In this document: positions 1 to 11,708 of the stretch, in pieces
Layout: each line of letters opens with the position of its first letter
Position numbering within the stretch: position 1 is the first letter of the stretch
Assembly: GCA_016200085.1 (NCBI GenBank)
Contig: JACQFL010000018.1
Coordinates: 48,006 to 112,005 of the forward strand
Source of the DNA: Candidatus Rokuibacteriota bacterium
GTDB taxonomy: Bacteria; Methylomirabilota; Methylomirabilia; Rokubacteriales; CSP1-6
DNA length: 64,000 nt
Direction of reading: 5' to 3'
Notes under the pieces: model-generated
Database searches by the model: none
Told to the model about the DNA's origin: nothing
Seen by the model: the letters and a program-made list of their open reading frames with translations, nothing else
Made by a program: the position numbers and the translations under genes

Positions 1-205
1 GTCGCGGTGCGCGTCGCCCTCCAGACCCTGGTCGGTGACGCGCGCCGCCGCGACGGCGCTCTTGGGCACCCCGCCCGGTGACACGCTGAGCTGCACGATC
101 GTTGCCTTCACGGCCTGACCTCCCCTCGACGTTCTGCTCGTGTCGATCCCGATGCCGGCGGTGTCGCCGAGGATGCGCGCGCCGTCACGCGCCCCGGGAG
201 GGTGC

Positions 206-667
206 TCACGCCCCGGCGCCGGCCCGGCGGATCATCCGCTGCACCCGGGCCTCGAGCACCACCTCGCCGCGCTGGTTCTTCACGGCGTGCCGGTAGGTCA
301 CGATGCCACGGTCGGCCTTCTTCGTCTCGCGCTTGTCGACGACCTCGACCTCGACGCGGATCGTGTCGCCCTCGAGCACGGGCCCGACGATCCTGAGCTC
401 GCCGCCGAGCCAGGCCATCCCGGTGCCGTGGATGAGCCCGGTCTGCATGATGAGCCCCTCGGACAGCGCGAAGGTCAGCGCCCCGGGGGCGGCCCGCCGG
501 CCGAACACGGACTCCCGGGCCACGTACTCCATGTCCATGAAGAGGGGCTCGGTGAAGCCGCAGAGGTTCACGAAGGTGACGATGTCCGTCTCCGACACCG
601 TGCGCCCCAGCGTCCGGTACACCGCGCCGATCTCGTGCGCCTCGAAGGTCACGCCCTGGCCGATCAT
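206..667 (-). CDS. MaoC-like (R)-specific enoyl-CoA hydratase/dehydratase, hot-dog fold
   Basis: 153-aa ORF with hot-dog/MaoC-like sequence pattern; codon usage consistent with neighbours. Confidence 0.6.
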   Translation of the reverse strand: MIGQGVTFEAHEIGAVYRTLGRTVSETDIVTFVNLCGFTEPLFMDMEYVARESVFGRRAAPGALTFALSEGLIMQTGLIHGTGMAWLGGELRIVGPVLEGDTIRVEVEVVDKRETKKADRGIVTYRHAVKNQRGEVVLEARVQRMIRRAGAGA

Positions 668-676
668 CGATCGCTC

Positions 677-1413
<737 letters not shown>

Positions 1414-1417
<4 letters not shown>

Positions 1418-2200
1418 GGCGTCACCGCGCCCCCGGCGGCGCGGCCGCGTCCCAGATACGCCTCGATGACCCGCGCGTTGCGCTGCACCTCGGCGGCGCG
1501 CCCCTCGGCGATCTTCTCGCCGTAGTCGAGCACGGTGACGCGATCGGACACCTCCATCACCACGCGCATGTTGTGCTCGATCAATAGTATCGTCAGCCCG
1601 AGGTCGCGGATGAGCCGGCGCAGGAAGTCCATGAGGGCGCGCGACTCACCCTGGGTCATGCCCGCCGTCGGCTCGTCGAGCAGCAGCACGCGGGGATCCG
1701 AGCCCAGCGCCCGGGCGATCTCGAGACGGCGCTGGTCGCCGTACGGCAGGTTGCGGGCGAGGTCGTTCTCCTTGCCGCGCAGCCCGACGAGGTCGAGCAG
1801 GCGTCCGATGCGGTCGAGCGCGGCGCCCTCCTCGCGCGCGAAGGCCGGGGTGCGGGCCACCACGTCCCAGAAGCGCAGGGCCACCCGCGTGTGGGCGCCG
1901 ACGAGGACGTTCTCCAGCACCGTCATGTTCTTGAACAGGCGGATGTTCTGGAACGTCCGGCAGACCCCCAGGGCGGTGATCCGGTCGGGCGTGAGCCCGA
2001 CGATGGAGCGCCCGCCGACGAGGACCTCGCCGGACTCGGGGGCGTAGAAGCCGGTGAAGACGTTGAAGAGGGTGGTCTTGCCCGCGCCGTTGGGCCCGAT
2101 GATGCTGGCGATCGACCCGCTCTCCAGCGTGAAGTTCACGTCGTTGAGCGCCACCAGGCCGCCGAACCGCTTGGTCACGCCGCGCGCCTCGAGCAGGATC
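1414..2200 (-). CDS. livG: branched-chain amino acid ABC transporter ATP-binding protein LivG
   Basis: C-terminal about 262 aa of the 572-aa track ORF: SEILLEARGVTKRFGG..GPNGAGKTT..LLLDEP. GTG start inferred at about 2200, in a GTGA overlap with the livM stop; the upstream in-frame extension is an artefact. Confidence 0.85.
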
Positions 2201-2204
2201 TCGC

Positions 2205-3483
<1,279 letters not shown>

Positions 3484-3497
<14 letters not shown>

Positions 3498-4455
3498 GCA
3501 CCACCTCGCCGAGCAGCCCGCGCGGCCGGAAGATGAGGATCAGGATGAGGATCGAGAACGCGAAGATGTCCTTGTACTCGGCGCCGAACGCGCCGCCGGT
3601 GAACAGCGACAGGTAGGAGGCGGCGAAGGCCTCCAGGAGACCGAGGACGAGGCCGCCGACCATGGCGCCCGGGATGTTGCCGATGCCGCCGAGCACGGCG
3701 GCGGTGAACGCCTTGATGCCGGGGATGAAGCCGGTGAACGGGTTGATGGTGTTGTACTGCACGCCGAAGAGCACGCCCGCCGCGCCCCCCATGGCGCCGC
3801 CGATGAGGAAGGTCAGCGCGATGATGCGGTTGACGTTGACCCCCATGAGGGATGCCGTCGGCTGGTCCTCGGCCACCGCGCGGATCGCCCGGCCGAGCCG
3901 CGTGCGCTTGACCAGGAACTGCAGGGCGACCAGCATGGCGAGGGAGGCGGCGATCACCACGATCGACTTCACCGAGAAGTCGATGCTCTGGCCGAGCTCG
4001 ATGCGCCGGTTGAGGACCGCGAACGACGGGTAGGTCAGGTAGAAGGCGTTGCGCCACAGGCTCTCGGTCAGGCGCACGGCGTCCTGCAGGAAGAACGACA
4101 CCCCGATGGCGGAGATCAAGGGGATCAGCCGCGGCGCGCTGCGCAGCGGCCGGTAGGCGATGCGCTCCACGGCGACGGCGAGAAGCCCCGCGACCACCAT
4201 GCCTGCCAGCACGATCAGGATCAGGGCCACGAACGGGTTGATCCGCCCGAGCCACCCGTGGCTCTGCAGCGAGAGGAGGATCTCGACCCCCACGAAGCCG
4301 CCCACCATGAAGATCTCGCTGTGGGCGAAGTTGATGAGCTCGAGCACCCCGTAGACCATGGTGTAGCCGAGCGCGATGAGCGCGTACATGAAGCCAAGCA
4401 CGAGGCCGTCGATGACGACCTGGGGGAGGATCGCGAGAACGAGCTGCCAGTCCAA
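3484..4455 (-). CDS. livH: branched-chain amino acid ABC transporter permease LivH
   Basis: 323-aa LivH-type permease. Confidence 0.9.
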
Positions 4456-4512
4456 CAGGGGGAGGGTCTGGGAGGGGCCGTCGCGACCCCTCCCAGGATG
4501 ATCGGTCGCCTC

Positions 4513-5712
4513 TTAGCTCTTCTTCGGCGCGGCTGGCGTCGGAATGTCCAGCTGCTTGACCAGCTTGTTGTCCTTCCAGTCCTTGGCGACCTGGTAGATG
4601 AGGTACGTGGCGATCTTCGGATCACCCTTCTCGTCGAAATTCACGTTGCCGGTGATTCCGGCGTGCTTCACCCCGCGCACCGCCTTGGCCACCGCCTCGC
4701 GGCTGGGGGTCTTGCCCGGGGAGCCCTTGAGCGCGGCTTCGATCGCCTTCAGGCCGATGGCGGTGGCGTCGTACGACTGCGCCGCGAACGGCTCCGGGTC
4801 CTTGCCGAACTTCTTCTTGTACGCCTCGGCGAACTCCCTGGCTTTCGGATACTCCTTCACGCTGCCGGCGACCGTCGTGAAGTGCATGCCGACCACCGCG
4901 TCGCCGCCGAGCTTGAGCAGCTCGGTGGAGTCCACGCCGTCGGGCCCCATGAACTGGGACTTGATCCCCTTCTCCCGGGCCTGGCGGAAGAGCGGTGCCG
5001 CCTGCGGGTACTCGCCGCCGAAGAAGATGACGTCCGGGTTCTTGGCCTTGATGGGCGTGAGGATCGGATCGAAGTTCGCCCGCTCTTCCGTCCCCTCGAA
5101 GCCCGTCACGGTCATGCCGTTCTTCTTCGCCCACTCCTGGAAGAACTCGGCGATGCCCTGCCCGTACTGGTTCTTGTTGTGGACGAGGTACACGCTCTTG
5201 GCCTTGAGGTTCTCCTTGGCGAAGCGCGCCGCCACCGCGCCCTGCACGTCGTCACGGCCGCACACCCGGTAGACATTCGGCAGCAGGCGGTCGGTGATCG
5301 TGGGGTTGGTGTTGGCGGGTGAGATCATCGCCAGCGAGGCTTCCTTGTAGACTTCCGACGACGGAATGGCCACGCCGGAGTTCAGGTGGCCGACGACCAC
5401 CAGGATGTCCTTGTCGGCGTTGATGTTCTTGGCGTTGGCGACACCGACGTCGGGCTTGGCCTGGTCGTCGAAGGGCACCAGCTCGATCTTGTAGCCGGCC
5501 TTCTCCAGCGGGCCCTTCATCTTCTCGATCGCAAGCTGGGCGCCGAGCTTGATACCCTCGCCCAGCGCGGCGAGCTCGCCGGACAGCGGGCTCTGCGTGG
5601 CGATCTTGATGGTGCCCTTGCCCTGGGCCTCGAGCGGCGAGGCGGACGGCAGCAGCGCCACGCCGACCGCGAGCGCGAGGACCAGCAACGAGCGGACCGG
5701 GTGCAGTCTCAT
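4513..5712 (-). CDS. livK: branched-chain amino acid ABC transporter periplasmic substrate-binding protein
   Basis: 399 aa, signal peptide followed by Leu/Ile/Val-binding-protein-like sequence; first gene of the operon. Confidence 0.9.
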   Translation of the reverse strand: MRLHPVRSLLVLALAVGVALLPSASPLEAQGKGTIKIATQSPLSGELAALGEGIKLGAQLAIEKMKGPLEKAGYKIELVPFDDQAKPDVGVANAKNINADKDILVVVGHLNSGVAIPSSEVYKEASLAMISPANTNPTITDRLLPNVYRVCGRDDVQGAVAARFAKENLKAKSVYLVHNKNQYGQGIAEFFQEWAKKNGMTVTGFEGTEERANFDPILTPIKAKNPDVIFFGGEYPQAAPLFRQAREKGIKSQFMGPDGVDSTELLKLGGDAVVGMHFTTVAGSVKEYPKAREFAEAYKKKFGKDPEPFAAQSYDATAIGLKAIEAALKGSPGKTPSREAVAKAVRGVKHAGITGNVNFDEKGDPKIATYLIYQVAKDWKDNKLVKQLDIPTPAAPKKS

Positions 5713-5758
5713 GGGTGCCCCCTCCTTGAGCGGGTATGGCAGGAACGACGCGCCGTCA

Positions 5759-6412
5759 TTATAGCGACGGGTCAGGGGTGGTCAAGGTTCCCCGGCCCGC
5801 GCGGACCGCGGCGAGCAGCTCGCGCACGGCCGCGGCCGGATCGGGCGCCCCGCACACCGCCGAGATCACCGCGACCCCGTCGGCGCCCGCCGCGGCGACG
5901 GCGCCGGCGTTGGCCGCCGTGATCCCGCCGATCCCCACCAGGGGCACGCGCACGTGCGGGCGCACCCGGCGCACGAGGTCGGGGCCCACGAGCTGGAAGT
6001 CCGGCTTGGTGCTCGTGGGGAACATCGAGCCCACCGCGACGTAGTCGGCGCCCTCGGCCTGGGCGGCGAGCGCCTGCTCCACGCTGTGGGTCGAGCGGCC
6101 GAGGATCATGCCCGGGCGGAGCAGCGGCCGGGCGACCGCGGCGGGCAGATCGTCCTGGCCGAGATGCACGCCGTCGGCCTCGCAGGCCAGCGCCAGGTCC
6201 ACGCGGTCGTTGACGATGAAGGTGACGCCGGCGTCCCGGCAGCGGCGGCGCAGGCGCGCGGCGAGCGGCAGCAAGGTCCCCGACGGCCACTCCTTCTCGC
6301 GCAGCTGGATCAACCGCGCGCCGCCCGCGATGGCGGCGGCGAGGATCGCCTCGAGATCCCGGCCGCGCGCGGCGTCGCGGTCCAGGATCACGTAGACGGC
6401 GGGCTCGATCAC
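5759..6412 (-). CDS. thiE: thiamine-phosphate synthase ThiE
   Basis: C-terminal 217 aa of the 423-aa track ORF match ThiE (VYVILDRD..GADYVAVGSMFPTSTKP..). GTG start at 6410-6412 in a GTGA overlap with the accC stop. Confidence 0.8.
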   Translation of the reverse strand: MIEPAVYVILDRDAARGRDLEAILAAAIAGGARLIQLREKEWPSGTLLPLAARLRRRCRDAGVTFIVNDRVDLALACEADGVHLGQDDLPAAVARPLLRPGMILGRSTHSVEQALAAQAEGADYVAVGSMFPTSTKPDFQLVGPDLVRRVRPHVRVPLVGIGGITAANAGAVAAAGADGVAVISAVCGAPDPAAAVRELLAAVRAGRGTLTTPDPSL

Positions 6413-7713
6413 CGCGGGGTCGCGAAGGCGGGATCGGCGAGGGTCTTCAGGTGGAACGGGATCGTCGTCTTCACGCCCTCGATGATGGTCTCGGTCAGCG
6501 CCCGCCGCATCCGCTCGATGGCCTCGCCCCGGTCGCGGCCGCGCACGATGACCTTGGCCACGAGCGAGTCGTAGAAGGGTGGCACGCTGTAGGGCACCAT
6601 GAGGTGGCTGTCCACGCGGACGCCGAAGCCGCCCGGCGGCACCCAGGCGGTGACCCGGCCCGCGCTCGGGGTGAACGTCTCCGGGTCCTCGGCGTTGATC
6701 CGGCACTCGATGGCGTGGCCCTCGAAGCGCACGGCGTCCTGGCGGTAGCCGAGCGGCTCGCCGGAGGCCACGCGGAGCTGCTCGCGCACGAGGTCGATGC
6801 CGGTGATCATCTCCGTCACCGGGTGCTCGACCTGGATGCGGGTGTTCATCTCGATGAAGTAGAAGCGCTCGCGGGTGTCCACCAGGAACTCGACGGTGCC
6901 GGCGTTGACGTAGTTCACCGCACTGGCCGCCGTCAGGGCGGCGCGCTGCAACCCGACGCGGGTCTCCGGCCTCAGCGCGGGGGCCAGCGATTCCTCGAGG
7001 AGTTTCTGGTGCCGTCGCTGTACGGTGCAATCACGCTCCCCGAGGTGGACGCGGATGCCGTGCTGGTCGCCGAGGACCTGGACCTCCACGTGACGGGCGG
7101 CCTCCACGAACTTCTCGCAGTAGATCTCCGACGAGCCGAACGCCGCGCCCGCCTCCGCCTGGCAGGCGGCGAAGGCCTCGGCCGCGCCCGTCCGCTCGCG
7201 CACGATCCGCATGCCCCGCCCGCCGCCGCCGGCGGCGGCCTTGAAGATCACGGGGTAGCCGATCTCCTCGGCGAGCTCGACCGCCTGCTCGCCGTTCTTG
7301 AGGGGCAGCTCGCTGCCCGGCACCACGGGCACCCCGGCCTGCCTGGCGATCTGCCGCGCCTGCGCCTTGTCGCCCATCAGCCGGATGGCCTCGGCGGAGG
7401 GCCCGATGAAGACGAGCCCGACGGTGCGGCAGATGTCGGCGAAGTGGGGGTTCTCGGCGAGGAAGCCGTAGCCGGGGTGGACGGCCTCGCTCTCGGTGAT
7501 GGCCGCGGCGGAGATGATGGCCGGGATGTTCAGGTAGCTCGAGCGCGGGTCGGCGGGCCCGATGCAGATCGACTCGTCGGCCAGCCGCACGGGCAGCGAG
7601 TGCTCGTCGGCCTTGGAGTGGGCAATCACGCTGCGCACGCCGAGCTCGCGGCACGTCCGGATGATCCGGAGCGCGATCTCACCCCGGTTGGCGATCAGGA
7701 TCTTGTGGAACAC
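6409..7713 (-). CDS. accC: acetyl-CoA carboxylase biotin carboxylase subunit
   Basis: 434 aa, MFHKILIANRGEIALRI.. ATP-grasp biotin carboxylase. Confidence 0.95.
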   Translation of the reverse strand: MFHKILIANRGEIALRIIRTCRELGVRSVIAHSKADEHSLPVRLADESICIGPADPRSSYLNIPAIISAAAITESEAVHPGYGFLAENPHFADICRTVGLVFIGPSAEAIRLMGDKAQARQIARQAGVPVVPGSELPLKNGEQAVELAEEIGYPVIFKAAAGGGGRGMRIVRERTGAAEAFAACQAEAGAAFGSSEIYCEKFVEAARHVEVQVLGDQHGIRVHLGERDCTVQRRHQKLLEESLAPALRPETRVGLQRAALTAASAVNYVNAGTVEFLVDTRERFYFIEMNTRIQVEHPVTEMITGIDLVREQLRVASGEPLGYRQDAVRFEGHAIECRINAEDPETFTPSAGRVTAWVPPGGFGVRVDSHLMVPYSVPPFYDSLVAKVIVRGRDRGEAIERMRRALTETIIEGVKTTIPFHLKTLADPAFATPR

Positions 7714-7716
7714 CCG

Positions 7717-8178
7717 TCAGCGCAAGGGCTCGAGGACGAAGAGGGGCTGGCCGTACTCGACGGCCTGGCCGTTCTCGACCAGCACCTCGACCACGCGGCC
7801 GGCGGCCCTGGACTCGATCTCGTTCATGAGCTTCATCGCCTCGATGATGCCGACGATGTGGCCCTCCTTGACCACGTCGCCCTCCCGCACGTAGGGCTCG
7901 CCGGCCGGGGAGGCCGCGCGGTAGAACGTCCCCACCATCGGCGCCTCGATGGTGACGGTTCCGGGAGCGAGCGACTCCGCCGGCGCGGGCGCGGCCGCGG
8001 GGGCGGCGGGAACCGGGATGGCGCCGTGCACGACCGGCGAGCGCTGGAGCCGCACCCGGAGGTCGCCGTGACTGACCTCGATCTCGCTCAGCCCCAGCTC
8101 GCCGAGGAGCGCGCCGAGCTGGCGCACCAGTGCGGCGGCGTCGGGGCCCGGCACGGCGGCGGGGCGGCGCCGACGCAT
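7717..8178 (-). CDS. accB: acetyl-CoA carboxylase biotin carboxyl carrier protein
   Basis: 153 aa, Ala/Pro linker and biotinyl-lysine motif EAMKLMN. Confidence 0.85.
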   Translation of the reverse strand: MRRRRPAAVPGPDAAALVRQLGALLGELGLSEIEVSHGDLRVRLQRSPVVHGAIPVPAAPAAAPAPAESLAPGTVTIEAPMVGTFYRAASPAGEPYVREGDVVKEGHIVGIIEAMKLMNEIESRAAGRVVEVLVENGQAVEYGQPLFVLEPLR

Positions 8179-8747
8179 CAGCTCGCCACCGCGACGCGGC
8201 CGAGGTACTCGCCGGTCCGCGTGTCGACCTTCACCACGTCGCCCTCGTTGAGGAAGAGCGGCACCTGCACCATGGCGCCGGTCTCCAGCGTCGCCGGCTT
8301 GGTGCCGCCCTGGGCGGTGTCGCCGCGCACGCCGGGATCGGTCCGTGCGATGGCCAGCTCGACGAAGTTCGGCACCTCGACGGCCACCGGCGCGCCCTCG
8401 ATGTAGAGCACGTCGACCTCCGTGTTCTCCTTGAGGTAGAGGGCGGCGTCGCCGACCTCGTCGGCCGACATCGACGTCTGCTCGTAGGTCTCCGTGTCCA
8501 TGAAGTTGAAGCGGTCGTCGCGGTAGAGGAACTGCATGTGCTTGTCCTCGAAGTCGACCAGCTCCACCTTCTCGCCCGAGCGAAAGGTGTTGTCGATCAC
8601 CCGGCCCTGGCGCAGGTGCTTGAGCTTGGTGCGGACGAAGGCGCCGCCCTTGCCCGGCTTGACGTGCTGGAAGTCGACGATCGCGTACGGCTGCCCGTCG
8701 AAGACGATCTTGAGCCCCTTCTTGAACTCCGCGGTGGACACCTGCAT
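8178..8747 (-). CDS. efp: elongation factor P
   Basis: 189 aa EF-P ([14 protein letters not shown]..). Confidence 0.95.
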   Translation of the reverse strand: MQVSTAEFKKGLKIVFDGQPYAIVDFQHVKPGKGGAFVRTKLKHLRQGRVIDNTFRSGEKVELVDFEDKHMQFLYRDDRFNFMDTETYEQTSMSADEVGDAALYLKENTEVDVLYIEGAPVAVEVPNFVELAIARTDPGVRGDTAQGGTKPATLETGAMVQVPLFLNEGDVVKVDTRTGEYLGRVAVAS

Positions 8748-8754
8748 CGGTTGG

Positions 8755-9384
8755 CTAGCCTTTCCGGCGTGAGCGCGCGCGCAGGGCCTGCTCCAGCCGC
8801 TCGCGCGCCTCGTGATTGGCGGGGTCCTGTCTGAGGATTCGCGTGAAGACCTGGGCGGCCTCCTCGACCAGGCCCTGGTCGAGGCAGACGCTCCCGAAGC
8901 TGACCGTGGCGAACACGTCGTCCCGGAGCACCCGGCCCACGCCCGCCGCCTCGGCGTCGGTGCGCGGGTCGGCGCGCAGCAGCCCGAGGAGCGCGCGCGC
9001 CTCGCGGTCGCCGGAGTCCAGCCGCACGATCGATTGGAGATGTTCGACGGCCTCGTCGATGCGCCCCAGCCGGCGGAGGATCTCGGAGGCCATCCGGTGG
9101 GACTGGAGGTCCTTGGGGCTGATCTCGAGGATCGCCGCCAGCTCGGCCAGGGCCGCCTCGTGCTCGCCCTCGTCGCCGAGCGCCTTGGCGAGGATCAGGC
9201 GCGCCGTGGTGTAGTGCGGGTAGCGCTGCAGGCCGCCGCGGCAGAGCGCGATCGCCTCGCCGGGGCGCCCGGCCTTGCGGTACAGATCCGCGAGCTGCGC
9301 GAAGGCCAGCGAGGCCGGGTCGCGCTGCAGGCGCTCCTCCTGCCGCTTGATCGCGGCCGCGAGGGCGGGATCATCGGTGGCCAT
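8755..9384 (-). CDS. tetratricopeptide repeat protein
   Basis: 209 aa with several TPR-like helical repeats. Confidence 0.55.
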   Translation of the reverse strand: MATDDPALAAAIKRQEERLQRDPASLAFAQLADLYRKAGRPGEAIALCRGGLQRYPHYTTARLILAKALGDEGEHEAALAELAAILEISPKDLQSHRMASEILRRLGRIDEAVEHLQSIVRLDSGDREARALLGLLRADPRTDAEAAGVGRVLRDDVFATVSFGSVCLDQGLVEEAAQVFTRILRQDPANHEARERLEQALRARSRRKG

Positions 9385-10474
9385 CGCCCGGGCCTCCCTG
9401 GAGTCCGTCCAGCACCGCGCGGATCTGGGAGGCGGGCACGTCGCTCACGAGCCGGAACTCGCCGATCCGGGGCGAGAGCACGAACGGCACCCGGCCATCG
9501 CGCGCCTTCTTGTCGCGCGTCATCGCCGCGAGCACCGCCTCGACGTCGAGCGGCCCGGCCTCGAGCGGCAGGCCGACGGCGGCAAGCACGCGCTCCTGCC
9601 GGCGGGTGGTGTCGCCGGTCGCGATGCCCAGGCGCTCGGCCAGGCGCGCCTCGGCCACCATCCCCAGCGACACCGCCTCGCCGTGGGTCCAGCGCCCGTA
9701 GCCGGAGGCGGCCTCGAGGGCGTGGCCGACGGTGTGGCCGTAGTTCAGCACCGCGCGGAGGTCGGACTCGCGCTCGTCCCGCTCGACCACGCCGGCCTTG
9801 AGCCGGCACGAGCCGCCGACGATGCGCTCGAGCGTCGCCGCGTCGCGCCCGAGCAGCGCGGCGGCGCTGGCCTCGACGTCGGCGAAGTACTCCGCGTCGA
9901 GCACGATCCCGTGCTTGACGATCTCGGCCAGCCCCGAGCGGAACTCCCGCTCGGGCAGGGTGCGGGCGGTGAGGGGATCCACGAGGACGAGGCGGGGCTG
10001 GTGGAACACGCCGATGAGGTTCTTGCCCTGGGCGTGATCGATCGCGGTCTTGCCGCCCGAGGAGGCGTCGACCTGGGCGAGGACGGTGGTCGGCAGCTGC
10101 ACGAAGTTGACGCCGCGCATGTACGTGCCGGCGACGAAGCCGGCGACGTCACCCACCGCCCCGCCGCCGAGCGCGAGCACGGTGGAGGTGCGGTCGAGCC
10201 GCGCCTCGAGCAGCGCGTTCCAGCACTCCTCCGCCACGGCCAGGCTCTTGGCGCTCTCGCCCTCGGGCACGTCGACGGCCGTGACCGCGAAGCCCGCCTC
10301 CTCGAGGCTGGCGGCCACGGTCTTGCCGTAGAGGCGGCGGATCGCGGGATCGCTGACCAGCGCCGCCCGCGTCCCCACCCCGAGCGCGCGCAGGCGCGGC
10401 CCGACGGAGGCCAGGACGCCCGGCTCGACCACGATGTCGTACGAGCGGCTGCCGAGGCTGACGCGGACTACCAT
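9371..10474 (-). CDS. aroB: 3-dehydroquinate synthase
   Basis: C-terminal 367 aa of the 578-aa track ORF ([20 protein letters not shown]..). ATG overlaps the aroC stop (ATGGTAG). Confidence 0.85.
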   Translation of the reverse strand: MVVRVSLGSRSYDIVVEPGVLASVGPRLRALGVGTRAALVSDPAIRRLYGKTVAASLEEAGFAVTAVDVPEGESAKSLAVAEECWNALLEARLDRTSTVLALGGGAVGDVAGFVAGTYMRGVNFVQLPTTVLAQVDASSGGKTAIDHAQGKNLIGVFHQPRLVLVDPLTARTLPEREFRSGLAEIVKHGIVLDAEYFADVEASAAALLGRDAATLERIVGGSCRLKAGVVERDERESDLRAVLNYGHTVGHALEAASGYGRWTHGEAVSLGMVAEARLAERLGIATGDTTRRQERVLAAVGLPLEAGPLDVEAVLAAMTRDKKARDGRVPFVLSPRIGEFRLVSDVPASQIRAVLDGLQGGPGDGHR

Positions 10475-11643
10475 CGCTCGAGCCCGTCGAGGTAGGCGGC
10501 GTGATTGGCGCGGATCTCGCCCACGCTGTCGCCGCCGAACTTCTCGAGGAAGGCCTGGGCGAGCACGATGGCGACCATGGCCTCGCCCACGATGCCGGCC
10601 GCGGGCACCGCGCACACGTCGCTCCGCTCCACCACCGCCTCCACGGTCTCCTTGGTCGCGATGTCGACGGACCTGAGCGGGGTGCGGAGCGTGGACAGCG
10701 GCTTCATGGCCGCGCGCACCACGACGGGCTGCCCGTTGGTGACGCCGCCCTCGAGGCCGCCTGCGTTGTTCGTGCGGCGCACGAGGCGGCCCGCCTCGTC
10801 GAGCAGGATCTCGTCGTGCACCCCCGAGCCCGGCCGGCGCGCGGTCTCGAACCCCATCCCGAACTCGGCGCCCTTGATGGCCTGGATGGAGCAGAGCGCC
10901 TGGGCCAGGCGCCCGTCCAGCCGCCGATCCCACTGCACGTACGAGCCGAGCCCGACGGGGCAGCCCAGCGCGACGACCTCGACGACACCGCCGAGCGTGT
11001 CGCCCTTGGCCCTGGCGTCGTCGATGGCCGCGATGATGGCCTGCTCGGCGTCGGGATCGGCGCAGCGCACCTCGGAGGCCTCCGCGCGCGCGCGGACGTC
11101 GTCCCACGGCAGGTCGAGAGCGTCCGCGATGCGCACCCCGCCGATCTCGGTGACGTGGCTCAGGATGGTGATCCCGAACTCCGCGAGGAGCCGGCGCGCG
11201 ATGCCCGCCACCGCCACGCGCGCCGTCGTCTCGCGGGCGCTCGAGCGCTCGAGGACGTTGCGCACGTCGCGATGGCCGTACTTCATCGCGCCCGCGAGGT
11301 CGGCGTGACCGGGGCGAGGGCGGGTCACCGGCTTGAGGGCGGCGCCGGGCGGCGGCGGAGCCACGGACATCGTGGCCTGCCAGTTCTCCCAGTCCCGGTT
11401 GGCGATCTGCAGCGTGATCGGGCTGCCCAGGCTCGCGCCGAAGCGGACCCCGGAGAGGATCGTGACCTGATCGCGCTCGATCTTCATCCGGCCGCCCCGG
11501 CCGTAGCCCCGCTGGCGGCGCGCGAGGTCGACGTTGATGTCGGCGTCGCTCAGGCCGAGGCCGGCCGGGACGCCGTCCACGATGGCGGTCAGCGCCTGGC
11601 CGTGGGATTCACCCGCGGTGAGGAAACGAAACGTTTCTGCCAT
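10468..11643 (-). CDS. aroC: chorismate synthase
   Basis: 391 aa, [24 protein letters not shown].. Confidence 0.95.
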   Translation of the reverse strand: MAETFRFLTAGESHGQALTAIVDGVPAGLGLSDADINVDLARRQRGYGRGGRMKIERDQVTILSGVRFGASLGSPITLQIANRDWENWQATMSVAPPPPGAALKPVTRPRPGHADLAGAMKYGHRDVRNVLERSSARETTARVAVAGIARRLLAEFGITILSHVTEIGGVRIADALDLPWDDVRARAEASEVRCADPDAEQAIIAAIDDARAKGDTLGGVVEVVALGCPVGLGSYVQWDRRLDGRLAQALCSIQAIKGAEFGMGFETARRPGSGVHDEILLDEAGRLVRRTNNAGGLEGGVTNGQPVVVRAAMKPLSTLRTPLRSVDIATKETVEAVVERSDVCAVPAAGIVGEAMVAIVLAQAFLEKFGGDSVGEIRANHAAYLDGLERW

Positions 11644-11708
11644 GTTGGGCGCCCAGCCGGGCGCGGATCAGGATACCACGCGGCGCCCGTTCGCCGGGCG
11701 GCCCGCCC